Below, piece by piece: positions 25,140 to 38,626 of a stretch of DNA of 64,000 nucleotides. The position numbers and the translations under genes are program-made. Source of the DNA: Eledone cirrhosa (Eukaryota); the NCBI GenBank assembly GCA_964016885.1, contig OZ024740.1, forward strand, positions 200,012,001 through 200,076,000, in the 5' to 3' direction. The notes under the pieces are model-generated. The model ran no database searches and was not told the origin of the DNA. It saw nothing but the letters and a program-made list of their open reading frames with translations. The stretch's first letter is position 1. The number at the start of each line of letters is the position of its first letter.

Positions 25140-27010
25140 GTGACAGCGGTAAGAGTTGTAAGCTCGCACGCTTTAGTCCCCTCTTCCTTCCCAACTAACG
25201 TCATAGAGAAGGAAAGAAAAAAGAAAATAAAAACAGACGAATGTGCGGAGAAAAATGACGAAAACACAAATCTGGACATTGATTCCAACAACAACAAAAA
25301 TTTGAAAAAATTGCATGACAATATTAATACCACACACAAAGACACAACAAACACAAGAATAACATTTGAAAACAACATCATAACAGAAAGCAAAGCAGAC
25401 GACAAAGTCAACACCAATAATATTTCATTTGCACAAACAACAAAGAAATCTTTAACATATATACCTGAAAATATTTCAGATGTGGCACAAAGAATTAAAA
25501 ATGCCAAACAATACATAACTCAAGGGGAAAATGGTACCTTATCGGTAAAAATGCCTCAAGAACTCACAAAAGATATTGAAAGTCGGACGGTCGTTTTCCG
25601 CACCATCAACAACATCTCTAAAAAACCTCAACAACCAACACAAGCAGAAATTAAAGTAGTACTTACAGAAGTACTTAATGAAAACACTTTCATAAGAAGA
25701 GACAGACTGTATGGAAGCCTAGCGATTATTAGGAAGAACGAATCAGCGGCAAAAAAATATGCTTTGTCGCCGATTCGTTCGACAAATTTTACCTTTTATC
25801 CATCTTATGTGGGTAAAAGAACTCAGCGCATATGGCTGGATGCGATGATGCCAGATGTGGACTACTGCTGGCTCATAGCTGGCTTCATCGATCCAGCGAA
25901 TGACAACGGGATTTCACTGGGAAAACCATAGGCAATGCGTTCAGTGGAACAGGTATAGAACTTGTAGTGCAAATGAAGCCTGAACGCATTGCCCAAATAC
26001 CCGACAGAATCCTATTAGAGGGCCACGGGTATATAAACATTAGCGTGGAGAGGAGAAGGCCGTCCTCTCATATCTGTGCAGGCAGAGGGCACCTGAAGGC
26101 AGCTTGTCCCCAACTCAACAAGAAGAAAACCTTGCTACCAACACAAGCTCCACTACCACCACAACAGATAAACAAACAACAAAACTCAGTCCCACCCAAC
26201 CCGTCCCTCAGTAAAACTACACCACCACCACAACACAAACAGACACAACACATTACCCAAAAACAAAACACAGTCCCACCCAACCCCTCACTCAATAAAA
26301 CAACACAACCACCGCAGCCACAACACACAACACAGTCTAACATAGTGACATCCATCTCCCCCACAAAGAAAACCAACACGGAAACATTACCAGCAAACAT
26401 ACCTCTTCCCTCCAACACTGAAGATAACCCAACGAATTCGGAGGAAGAAACGGAGTCCTTCAGACAGATCAACAGGAAAAAAAGAAAACATGTGCAAAAC
26501 ACACAAGGCCAAACAATCCCTACCCAAATGTCAACACAATCCAACAAAACACAAAACACCCCTCCAGCAACAAACAAAACCAAACATGCCCCTCCCCCCT
26601 TCGAAACACTCACACCATCCGAAAAAAAGACATTACACTATACTTACATCAACAGAAACAATAATAAATTAAATGAACTCATAAACAATAACCCTTCGAT
26701 ACAAACCGAAGGGGTAAACTTTGTTTCTTCAGAAAACTACCCACATTTAAAATTAATAAAGATCCCAATGAACCTCTACCAAAAACTAAAAAAGGATTTT
26801 AAGGAGGACGTAGGACCACCCTCTGTCAAACCCATAAACCGCGTCCTCCTAAAAAACGTTTCCCCTCCCCTTCCCCTCCCCAACACAACTCCAAACACCC
26901 CAACCCCACCACACACTGACGACCCCACACCACCACAAGACACCCCTTCACCCAACACCCCCGACCCCATGGAAGTCGTGCGACCCGAACCCCGGGAAGC
27001 AGAAAGGTAA
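25140..27010 (+). pseudogene. LINE ORF1 (gag-like, decayed zinc knuckle, Pro/Thr/Gln-rich linker), interrupted near 25931
   Basis: ORFs 25140-25931 and 25967-27010; SHICAGRGHLKAACP; MKPERI and KPINRVLLK blocks shared with copy B. Confidence 0.8.
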
Positions 27011-27043
27011 GTCTCTACGATCTCCTTTGGCTTTGCCCCCCAC

Positions 27044-30000
27044 ATGGATGTGTTAAGAGTAGGACGTTTGAATGCACGTGGCCTTGGTTCAACTTGGAAG
27101 CAAGCAAAGCTTCTAAATGACCTCAGGTCACGTGGTATAAATGTAATGGTTATCTGTGCGACTCGAATCAGCGTCGTGCGGCAGCTGACCCCTACCTTCG
27201 ATGACTTTGAGGTGCACGCATCTCTCTGTCAACCTGGAGGTGGGGGTGGGGTTATCGTACTGCTGGAAAAACACCTGTGTCTCGCCGGCCAGGTTGTTCA
27301 CTCGCACCCGGAAGGTCGTTTGTTGGTGCTAGACGTTGGCAGTAGTGGAGGTGCGGCCTTGAGATTGGTCGCCGTCGACTCCCCTTACGGAGCTGAACGA
27401 CCCGACTTCTTCCAGCGACTGGAGACTTTTCTGGGAACGTCGCGTTCCCTGCTTCTAGCGGGGGACTGGAATGACATCCTAGATGCACGTTGGGACTATG
27501 CAGGAGCATGTCCTAATAGAGGGGGGGTGTAACAGCCTCAAGGGGTTACTCGACCATTTTAACTTGGTCGATAGATATCGACTAGATTTTCCAACTGTGC
27601 CAACCTGGACTTGGACGAACCATCGTGGGCAATCTAGATCGTACTTAGATAGATTCTTAGTTAGAAGTAAGGATAGGGACATATTAAGCTGTCCAGAAAT
27701 GCTCACGGTTGGCTATACAGATCACAAATTAGTGACCTGCGTAGTCAACCTTGAGAGAACACATAGACAGGATCCCGGTTACTGGAAACTTAATTTGTCT
27801 TTACCGGCAAAAGAGGCTTACAGAGACCGAATTAGCAGGTTAGTTAAGGAGAGGTTGATGGGTGCAATCGTCAACAACCGATGGTGGGCATCTCTCAAAA
27901 GAAAGATTAGAACAGAATCAATAAGTTATAGCAAGATGTTAGCTGCCGATAGGAATAGGAACGAGAAAGAATTAACAGGTAAATTAGAAGAGGCAATCAA
28001 GAGCGAAGATGTGGCCAGAGTGCTGGCATCGAGGACGGCCTTGAGCCAGTTTTTCGATGCAAAGCACGAAGGCTGCGTCATTCAAAATAAAATACGTGGT
28101 CTAGGTAATGAGGGGGCCAAAGCCGATGGCTGGGCCCGCGTGACAGAAGCTAAGAGTAGAAATCGATACACCATCCGGTCTTTGCAAGACGAGGATGGGC
28201 GGGTGATCCGGGAGCCTAAGCAGATGTGCGAGGCCTTTCAAAGGCACTTTGCCCGATTGTTCGGGGGAGGCGGGGTCCGGGCGGAGGCGTGGATTTTCGG
28301 TCCATACCTCGACGGCCTGCCGTTCTCTCGAGCGAAGAGGCAGAATCCTGCGAAGGACCAATCTCGGCTGATGAGATCGGGGATGCGCTGAGCCAATGCA
28401 GCAAACGCAAATCTCCAGGTCTCGATGGCATACCTTACGAACTTTATTTGGCAAAGCCGGTTTTCTTCTCCGAACTCGTCGAAGCAGTCTACTGCAATTG
28501 GCAGCAGAACTGGAGAATTCCTTGTTCTGTAGCCAAGGGCGTAGTCTCGCTGGTGAGGAAGGACGAAAACAAGGGGGATAGTATAAATAATCTTCGGCCC
28601 ATAACCCTGCTAAACACAGAGTTAAAGATTTTGGCCAAGGTGTTAGCAAAGAGGTTGGCGCTTGTCGTGAGTAGCCTGGTGGGAGATGCGCAGACATGTG
28701 CTATCCCATCCAGGTCCATTCACGATAACCTCCACCTCATGCGATACATCATAGAGAGGGTTGGCAACAAACCCGGCTTCGGTGGGGCCCTGATCAACTT
28801 GGATCAGTCTAAGGCGTTCGATAGGGTCGACCATGGTTACCTGGATGCGGTGCTAGCGGCGGCTGGGTTCGGCCCTGTTTTCAGAGGCTGGATCACTGCC
28901 TTACATAGCAACCACATCTGTTCTAGGATCAAGGTGAACGGCTACCTTTCGAAGCCGTTCGAAATCACACGATCCATTCGACAGGGGTGCCCTCTCTCCT
29001 CCCTTCTGTACGTATTGACTCTCGAGCCTTTACTGAGGAAGTTGGAGTTGTTGCAGTGTATCCCCCTGGAGCAAAGCGGTGTCGGCCTACGCCGATGACG
29101 TAACAGTAATGGTATCGACCGACTCGGAGATCGAGGCGATCGGCACCTTACTGGAGGAATAGGAAAGGTGGTCAGGAGCGAAACTGAACCGGGAAAAATC
29201 CATCGGGCTGCAACTAGGAACGTGGAGAGGCAGACCGATGCCTCCCGACGGTGTCGTCGGACACTGGACGGAGGGCCCGGTGAAGTTGCTTGGGGTCTGG
29301 CTTGGACCGGACCTCCTGGTGGAAAAAAACTGGGGCGAGGTTACGAGCAAGGTGTTTGCACTGACCCGGAAATGGGCCAGGTGTAAGCTGTCCCTGAAAG
29401 GTCGGGCGGAGGTGGCGAACATTTACATAGCGTCCGTCACCTACTACCGCCTGACTGTCGTGCCTTGCCCTAAGGAAACACTCACCACCATGGAACGCAT
29501 GCTCTTTCAATTTCTTAGGAAAAAGCGCCCTCCTATGGTGAGAAGATCCATCTTCTGTCAAGAACCTTCGAAAGGAGGGCTGGGGATGCCGTGGTTGATG
29601 ATGCGTAGGCACGCATTAAGGCTACGGCACCTACAGGTATTCCTCACTGGTCAACCGGTGTGGGCTCCGTTCGTGAGACGAGCCTTTCCGAGACTCGTCT
29701 CGCTCACCGAGCTGCAGTCCTGGGTCAAGCAAAGATCCGGAAAACTGGGAGACTGGCACACTGAGTGCGCCCAGGCGCTCAGGGCTCTCTGACAAGCGGA
29801 CCCGGCCATCGGTGGAGAGTCCACCTCGTCATTCTATAGAGGGCTGGTGGCTAGCAGGGGCGATGACACCCTTGGAGAGTCGCTGGACATGGAAGAGGAC
29901 GAACTGGCCAGCCTGTTCGGTAGGACTTTCGGCCCGGGACCAATGGACAACTTCCAGAAGTCACTGGCCTGGCAGTGCTACCGGGGGGCTCTACCCGTTC

Positions 30001-30442
30001 GAGAGAGGCTCTACAGACACGGGCGCCCGGCAGGGATCCCTCGAAAAAGATTTGCCCTAGATGCGTGCGTCACGAAGAAACCGGGCGTGGCTGATCTGTG
30101 GGGCTACGCCGAACGACTGCTGTCGCGGGTGGTGCCGATTCGATTGACCGCCGAGTCCGTGATGACAATCGAGCCGCCTCCCCTTTTCACAAAGGAAGCA
30201 AAGGCGGTTTTTCTGTGCGTAATAGCCATGTTGAAAGAGGTTATTTGGTGGACACGATTGAAAGGTATGAGGTCAGGCAACTCGTCTCTGGCCATAGTCT
30301 GGTCTACTTCTTCCGATATCACTTCGGAAGAAGGATAAGAATGGAGAGAGAGGTGCTTGGTCTCAGGCAGTTTTATGAAAGGTGGGTGCTAGTGGCGAGA
30401 ATGGCTCGTGTAAATGGGCCTTCTCTGTATACCATCCTGTAG
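27044..30442 (+). pseudogene. LINE ORF2: APE endonuclease plus reverse transcriptase, frameshifted
   Basis: LNARGL, AGDWN, SYLDRFL, TDHKLV, PGYWKLN, KSPGLDG, RPITLLN, LDQSKAFDRVDH, RQGCPLS, AYADD, GGLGMP. Confidence 0.92.
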
Positions 30443-30666
30443 GTAAAGAAGTGAAGGAGAGGGGAGCACCTTCTCCATGTGCTCCCCGGGCAAAGGATTG
30501 CACACTTTTTCGGGGGTGTGTGCAACCCCCATCACGTCCCCTCCCTTTTGAGGTTGTGTTCGATTATGTTCATGTTATACCCTTTTTACTCGGTTTTATG
30601 AAAACTCCCCCTTTGTATTTGTCCCTTCTTTTTATGCCTTTATGGTAAATAAAGAAATATATCTCT

Positions 30667-30790
30667 TTGAGGAAAATCGACTATTTTTTTAAATTGCATT
30701 TGTGATAACATTTTACACGTTTTTATTGTATGTAAACTTCCCCCTCTGTATTTGTCTCCTTCTTTTGTGCCCTTGTGGCTAATAAAGAAA
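30667..30790 (+). mobile_element. Very short 5'-truncated copy of the Tx1 3' UTR
   Basis: tgtaaacttcccc..tgtgcccttgtggctaataaagaaa matches the 3' ends of copies A, B and C; followed by (tcta)n. Confidence 0.75.
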
Positions 30791-31020
30791 CATATCTATC
30801 TATCTATCTGTCTGTCTGACGCGTGAACATCGCGGGTAAGATTTTTTCTAAATTTATTTACGAAAAACAGAACAAATTGTTTGAAAAAACATATTATTTT
30901 GTAGATTAACCCCCACGCTGAATTGTCAGCTGGGTGGCAATCCCATTTTTCGCCCCTGTAGGGGCGAACATTTTATTTTAAAAATTGTTTTAAAATATCA
31001 AATTTTACAAATTATATAAC

Positions 31021-32927
31021 TTGAAAAACACAAGAACGCTTGAGAACGTCAATAGAGAAAAGAGAGAGAAAGAGGCATATTTTAACGTTATATCTGCTTC
31101 TGCTACTATGGACGTCGTCATAGATACGACTGTCAACAAAGAGGAAAAAATGTTACCACTTGAAGATTTTAACATTTTTACCGTCGAAGCGGATAAAAAT
31201 AACAATAACACAGGAAAACACAGGAATGAAACCTATTAACATACATACACATGAAAAAGACATCAACAACTCCACAGATACATCTACACATAATGTTTAA
31301 CCTCGTCAAGAAATTGAAATTTCCAACACCGAGACTAACAAGGATAACAACAACAACAACAACAGCAACACCACACAAAAAAAGAAAATGTATTTCGCTG
31401 AAACAGAGAACAAGAAAACAAGATTTTATAAATCTTGATATCACCAATGCAAGAGATATGCTCCAGCAAGGGAAAAAATGTGTAACTTTCGAAGAAATAT
31501 CTGGGTTTAGAATTAACTCACCCCTTGAAATAAAGGAAGACGCAATTCGCAGATCAGTCACCTTTACGACTGTGTCAAATTCCACAAGAAAGCCGACATT
31601 TGTTAGCCAAGCAGATATAGAAGCTACTTTCAAGGAAATTCTACCAAATATCGATTTTCTCCAACGAGGAAAACAGTACGGAAGTGTTTCCGTACTGTTT
31701 AAAAGCGAGGCACTCGCCCAAAAAACATTCTGTGACACCAATGGTGTCAAAAGCATACACCTTTTTCCCTACATACATGGGAAAAGGGACACAAAAATAA
31801 AAAAATATATATATACCCCCAAACATTAACATCTGGTGCATCTTGGCTGGCTTCGTAGAGCCAGAAACTGATATGATTCTTTCGATACGAAAATCTATTC
31901 GACAAAGGTGGGCGGGTACTGATTTGGAGATTCTGTTGCAAATGAAACCGGAGAGAATCTCCAAAATACTCGATAGAGTCGTCATCGATGATAATAACAA
32001 AATAAATATTTCGGTAGAAGTACGAAAATGTCATTGCTTTCGCTGTGGTAGCACAGCATACGTAAAAGCCTATTGTCCACAAACACACAACAAAAACATC
32101 ATTAAAAAACACTATTACCAACACCAACACCAAAACAACCACCACCACCACCACAAGTACAACGACAGACGAAACGAGCAACCACACCAAAACAAACAGA
32201 CACTCAACCAACAACAACAGAAAAAACAGAGACAACTCTCCTCACGAACACAGGCCCACCCCATCCTACTCCATCAAACACTACCACAAACACACACACC
32301 GAAACACCACCTCCACACAACATACCCTTACCCCACACACCTGACGATGATTATTCATCGACGGATGAAGCTGCTTCTCCTTCTTTAAGTGAAGAGGGAG
32401 AGCCGCGGAAATCTAAAAAATAAAAAAGAGACACCACAAAACCCCCAAAACTCCAATCACCAACACCAACACACAACCACAGACACAAATAACAACACAA
32501 ACAACACTACTGTCAAACATCCCCCTATCAGCAAAACCAACACCAACACCACCCCAAACACAAGCACCCACCATAAAAAGGAAACTCCCGGACGAACAAC
32601 AAACTAAAACAATAAAAACACAAACAACAATACACATACATCAACACAAACAACAATAATTTGATGGAGGTCATCTCCCAAAACCCCAAGGTGGAGACAG
32701 AGGGCAAAACTTTCTTCAAGGCAGAATCGTCTCCACACCTTAAACTTATAAGGATTTCTATGGAAACCTATAATGACCTAAAAAATAAATGTTCACAGGA
32801 CTTGGGCAAGCCCTGCCAGAAACCCATCAACCGCGTCCTGTTAAAATGCTTCCCTACCTCACCCAACACCCCATCCAGCACCCAAATGGAGATTCAACAA
32901 CCCGATCTCCAGAAAAGGAAAAGGTAA
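31021..32927 (+). pseudogene. LINE ORF1 of copy B, fragmented
   Basis: Fragments 31021-31239, 31251-31829, 31843-32388 and 32661-32927; CFRCGSTAYVKAYCP knuckle. Confidence 0.75.
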
Positions 32928-32968
32928 GTGCACCTTTCGTCCTTTTTCTCCAACTCTTCTTCACCAAC

Positions 32969-35900
32969 ATGGCTAGTTTACGAGTTGGAAGCGTGAATGT
33001 GCGTGGCCTAGGGATGCCCTGGAAACAGGGCCAACTTTTAAAAGACCTTAAATCACACGGTATGGATGTAATAGCCATCACCGAGTCCAGGATCCACAAC
33101 AGGCAGCAACTAACCCCCATCTTCGACGACTTTGAGATCAACGCATCTCTCTGTCAGCCAGGAGGTGGGGGTGGAGTGGTGTCATGTTTCGGAAGAACCT
33201 GGACGTCGAAGTACAGCAAGTACACTTGGACCCGGAGGGTAGACTGGTAGTCCTAGACGTGAACAGTATTGGAGGTGGAGCCGTCAGACTGGTGGCCATT
33301 TATGCCCCGACCGGGCAATCGCAATCACGGCCAGACTCCTTTAAGCGTCTAGAGTCTTTTCTGGGAACGTCTCGCTCCCTAATTTTAGTGTGGGACTGGA
33401 ATGGTATCCTAGATTCACGATGGGACTATGTGGGAGCATGTCCCAGTAGAGTGGGGTGCAACAGCTTCAAAACTTTAATCGGCCAATTCCAACTGGCCGA
33501 TGTGTATCGACTGGATTCCCCGACTGCACCACAGTGGACGTGGGCAAACCGCCGCGGGACATCTGGATCGTATTTAGATAGGGTCTTCATTGGAGAAAGG
33601 GACAAGGAGATGTTAAGCTGTCCACGAATGCACATGGTTGACTATTTAGATCACAAATTAGTCTTCTGCTTGGTCAACCGTGATAGAACACATAGACAGG
33701 GACCAGGATACTGGAAGCCGAACGTGTCGTTGCCGGCACGTAAAGCTTACAGTGAACGGATAAATAGACTAGTCAAGCAACAGTTAACGGGAGCCATCGT
33801 CAACAATAGATGGTTGTACTCTCTCAAGAAAGCAATTAGAATAGAATCGATAGGGTATAGCAGAGAGTTAGCCCTAGAGAAAAACAGAATAGAAACAGAA
33901 CTAGTAGCCAAGGTAGAGAGGCACTTAGAAGTGGAAACGCGGCGGCTAGAGTGTTAGCGACGAGAACGGCACTGGACCAGTTCTTCGATGCGAAACACGA
34001 AGGCTGCGTGGTCAGAAGCAAAACACGTGCTCTAGGAAGCGAAGGAACGAAAGCTGTCAGCTGGGCCCGAGTGGCGGAGGCAAAAAGTGGCAACAAGTCC
34101 ACGATTCGGTCTTTGAAAGACCAAAACGGACGGGTGCTACTTGACCCCAAGCAAATGTGCGCGGCCAACAGCGGCACTTTGCGCGACTGTTTGAGCAGAA
34201 CGACGGTGCAATGGACTTTAGTTCATACCTCGACGGCCTGCCGCGTCTCTCGAACACGGACGCCGAGTTCTGCGAAAGAGCGATCACGGACATTGAGATA
34301 CCGGACGCTCTGGGCTGCTGCGGGAAACGCAAGTCACCCGGTCTAGATGGTCTACCCTACGAATTTTACATAGGCATGCCGGACTTGTTCTCTGGCGTCC
34401 TCGAAGCCGTCTACTGCAATTGGCAGCAGAACGGGAGAATTCCCAGTTCTGCAGGCAAGGGCGTAGTAACGCTGATCAGGAAAGAGGAGAACAAGGGGGA
34501 CGAAATTAACAACTTCAGGCCCATAACTCTGCTCAACTCAGAGTTAAAGATTTTGGCCAAGGTGCTAGCGACGAGGTTGGCGCTTGTCGTCGAGAACCTG
34601 GTAGGGAAAGCGCAAACGTGTGCAATCCCGACCAGGTCCATACACGACAACCTCCACCTCACGCGATACATCATAGAGAGGGTGGGTAGTAAACCCGGCT
34701 TCGGTGGGTCTCTGATCAACTTGGATCAGTCTACAGCATTCGATAGGCTCGACCATCGATACTTGGAAGCGGTTCTCAAGGCGGCCGGTTTCGGTCCCGT
34801 GTTCAAGGATGGATCGAGGCGATGCATACCAGCACCTGCTCGAGGGTCAAGGTGAACGGCTACCTATCGGAGCCGTTCGCAATCACGCGTTCCATTCGAC
34901 AATGGTGCCCTCTCTCCTCCATTCTGTTTGTATTGACGCTAGAGCCACTACTGCGGAAATTGGAGCTGTTGCAGGGCATCCCTCTAGAACTGGGACTGCG
35001 CAAAGCGGCGTCGGCTTATGCCGACGAAGTGACGGTAGTGGTGTCGAGCACCTCGGAAATCGGGGTGATCGGCAACTTACTGAAAGAATACGAAACGCTG
35101 ACGGGAGCAAAACTAAACCCGGAGAAGTCTGTCGGTTTGCAACTCGATACGTAGAGAGGTAAACCGATGACGTCCGACAGCGAGCAATTTCACGGACGGA
35201 CCGGTGAAATTGCTCGGGGTCTGGTTCGGTCCAGACCACCAGGTGGAGAAAAACTGGAACGAGGTCACGGCTATGGTGTTTGCACTCACCCAGAAGTGGG
35301 CAGAGTGCAAACTGTCCTTGAAAGGTCGAGTGGAGGTGGCGAACATTTTCATAGCGTCCGTCATCTACTACCGCTTGACTGTTGTGCCTTGTCCCCGTGA
35401 ACGCCTCGCCAAGATGGAACGCATGCTCTTCCAGTTTCTGTGGAAGAAGCAGGCTCCTCTGTTGAGGAGATCCGTCTACTGTCAGCACCCTTCCAACGGA
35501 AGGCTGGGAATGCCGTGGCTGATGTGCGCAAACATGCGCTGAGGCTGCGGCATCTCCAGGTATTCCTCACCGACCCCAACCCGTGTGGGCACCGTTTGTG
35601 AGACAGGCTTTCCCACAGCTCGTCTCGCTGACGGAGCTGCAGTCCTGGGTGAAGAAAAGACCGAAAACGATGGGCGCCTGGCACATTGAATGCGCTCAGG
35701 TGCTCACAGTCCTCTGGCAAGCGGGCTCAGCAATCAGTGGAGACTCCACTTCGACATTGTATAGAGGGATTGTACGTTACAAGGGCGACGACGTGCTCGG
35801 AGAGACTCTGGGCGTCGAAGCCGATGAGCCCACCATTCTGTTTGGTAGGTCTTTCCGCCCGGGACCTATGGACAACTTCCAGAGGTCACTGGCCTGGCAG

Positions 35901-36392
35901 TGCTACCAAGGAGCTCTACCGGTTCGTGATAAGATCTACAGGCACGGACGCCCCGGCAAGGATCCTGCCAAGAGGACGTGTCCAAGATGCGCGCAGGACA
36001 TTAAAACAGTCCTGAACGCAATTATACACTGCCCGGGCGTAACCGACCTGTGGAACTATGCATAACAACTGCTGTCGCGTATGGGACAAATCCAGTTGAC
36101 TGCCGAGTCCATAGTAATGATCAAACCGCCAGCCTCTTTCAAAAACGAAAGAGAGGCGGTTTTCATCTGTACGGTGGCTATGGTGAAAGAAGTTATATGG
36201 TTGACAAGATTGAGAGGACTGAATACAAGTGCCTTTCTCTCCGGACAAAAATGGATTCCCTTCTTTAAGTATCACTTTAGAAGGAGAATCAGAGTGGAGA
36301 GAGAGACACTGAAGCACAGTAAATTTTCTGAAAGATGGGTGAATGTGGCAAAAGTGATTGGGCCTTCTCTGTTTTTTAAGCCTGTAGGTTAA
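32969..36392 (+). pseudogene. LINE ORF2 of copy B (APE plus RT), frameshifted
   Basis: VNVRGL, ITESR, IYAP, SYLDRVF, KSPGLDGLP, FRPITLLN, SAYADE, CPRC..HC C-terminal zinc motif. Confidence 0.92.
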
Positions 36393-36729
36393 AGAAGAGA
36401 GCAAAAGGAAGAAAGGAGCACTTGCAGAACACGCTCCTGAAGTTGAGGGTTGTTCTATCGACGGGGTATTAAACAACCCATTTGTGGCGCTTCCCCCCTA
36501 TTGGGAATTTTGATTGTAGTAATTGTGTGTTTTATATTTTTTACACGACTGTATGTAAAATCCCCAGCATGTGTCCTTGTTTTGTCCCCTTTTCTTGTGC
36601 ACCCTTGTGGCAAATAAAGAAATCTATCTATCTATCTATCTATCTATCCATCTACTTATCTATGTATACATCTATATATCTATCTAAATAATACTTTATA
36701 TGTGTATCAATCTGCCTATATATCTATAC

Positions 36730-37852
36730 ATGCCGTGGCTGATGCTGCGAAAACACACGTTGAGGCTACGGCATCTACAGGTATTCTTGACCGGCCAGCA
36801 GGTATAAGCTCCGTTTGTGAGACAAGCCTTCCCGCTGCTCATCTCACTAACGAAGCTGCAGTCGTGGGTCAAGAAAAGACCCAAAAAAATGGGCGACTGG
36901 TACATTGAATGTGCCCAGGCGCTCACAGCCCTCTACCAAGCGGACTCAGCAATCAGCGGAGACTCCAACTCAACATTCTATAGAGGGTTACGAGAGGACA
37001 GGTGCGACGACGTTCTCGGAGCGACTCTGGGCGTCGATGAGGGAGAACTGGCCAGTCTGTTCAGTAGGACTTTCCGACCGGGAACCATGGACAACTTCCA
37101 AAAGTCCATGGCTTGGCAGTGCTACCGAGGGGCTCTGCCAGTTCAAGACAGGCTTTACAGGCACGGACGCCCGGGCAGAGTTTCCGTAAAAAGGATCTGT
37201 CCGAGATGCGAACGGGACATTGAAACCGTGTCGCACGCACTCGTACACTGCCCGGGCGTTACCGACATGTGGAGCTACGTAGATCGACTACTGTAACGTG
37301 TGGGACAAATACAGTTGACTGCTGAGTCCATAGTGAGAATAACCCCCCCTTAAAAACGAAGGAGAGGCGGTTTTTCTCTGTATGGTGGCTATGGCGAAAG
37401 AGGTAATATGGTGGACGAGAGTGACAGGGCTGAGGACAGACGCCTTTCTCTCCGGAAAACAACTTATTACCTTCTTTAAATACCATTTCAGAAGGAAAAT
37501 AAGAGTGGAGAGAGTGACGCTGCATACCAACCTATTTTCTGAAAGGTGGGTGAATGTAGCGAAAATACCCGAGTGATTGGGCCTTCTCTGTATATAAACC
37601 TGTAGGTCAAGGAAGAGGAAGAAAGGAAGAAAGGAGCACTTGCACTTCGTGTTTCTGGAGTTCTGGGTTTTTATTTCTACGGGGTATGCAACAACCCGTT
37701 GAAGCGCCTCCCCCCTATTGAGGATTTCGATTGTTGATTTACTTTGTTAAACTGTTATTATTTACATTTCTTACTCGACTACATGTAAAATTTCCGCCAT
37801 ATGTCATTGTTCTGTCCCATTTGTGTGCGCCCTTGTGGATAATAAATAGAAA
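36730..37852 (+). mobile_element. 5'-truncated Tx1 LINE, copy C
   Basis: ORF2 C-terminus PGTMDNFQKSMAWQCYRGALPV..CPRC..HALVHC plus 3' UTR; TCTA-like flanks. Confidence 0.88.
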
Positions 37853-38586
37853 TTTATCTATCTATACATCTAAATAAATATCTACATATCTATCTATGTA
37901 AATAGATAAGGATACAGATAAGTAGCTAGATATAGATAAGAATCAAGAACTGTAACATTAAATCAATTAAATGACACCGTAGAATAGAGAGGTATATATA
38001 TACACAGAGAAGAGTGGCGGGAAGAAAGATTTAAAGAGTAGGGAAGAAGAAGAAAGAGTGAATAAAGAGAAAATGCTGAAGTTGCTTAAGATGTAAATAC
38101 AATATATTGAATGCAGTACAGTTGTGTATGTACGATGGAAACCGAACATCATACCACCTAACATACACAACCTTACACACGACGTAGACAGCTGAAGAGA
38201 AAGAGTTAGAGAGCCGAACGAAGAGGAATATGGAGACAGCTCGACACATAAAAATCAATAAAGATCAGTTTGGAAATGAGCCTGTAGATATTTGAACTTT
38301 TATCTACAAATAACGATAATGCCATGCTTTCTATCTCTAAAGCAATGAAGACTTGTATTTCAATAGACATTACAACATTAGCTCTATCACAAGTGACGGG
38401 ATGTATATTCGCCAACAGTTTATAGGTTAAATATTGCTTCAGGCAATCTCACTAGTAATTTAAAAGTATATAATTACCAATGTTAAACAGTTAATCGGTT
38501 GTATAGATGTAGGTAATATTCTACAGAAAATTAGGTGTGTTTATATATGCACACACAAACACAAATACATATGTGTGTGTATGTGT

Positions 38587-38626
<40 letters not shown>

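Larger units (their letters stand above)
24863..30657 (+). mobile_element. Full-length Tx1/L1-clade LINE, copy A, inserted in (TCTA)n
   Basis: 5' UTR, ORF1, ORF2, 3' UTR ending aataaagaaa; preceded by a (tcta)n tract. Confidence 0.9.
30812..36622 (+). mobile_element. Full-length Tx1/L1-clade LINE, copy B (diverged from A)
   Basis: Same organisation as A; (tcta)n on both sides; ends aataaagaaa. Confidence 0.9.

Noticed and set aside
25121-37530. Minus-strand ORFs overlapping the Tx1 elements
   Set aside because: Antisense shadows of GC-richer coding sequence with no independent motifs
38206-38415. Possible GIY-YIG C-terminal remnant on the minus strand
   Set aside because: Only a vague resemblance; no catalytic motif or adjacent RT
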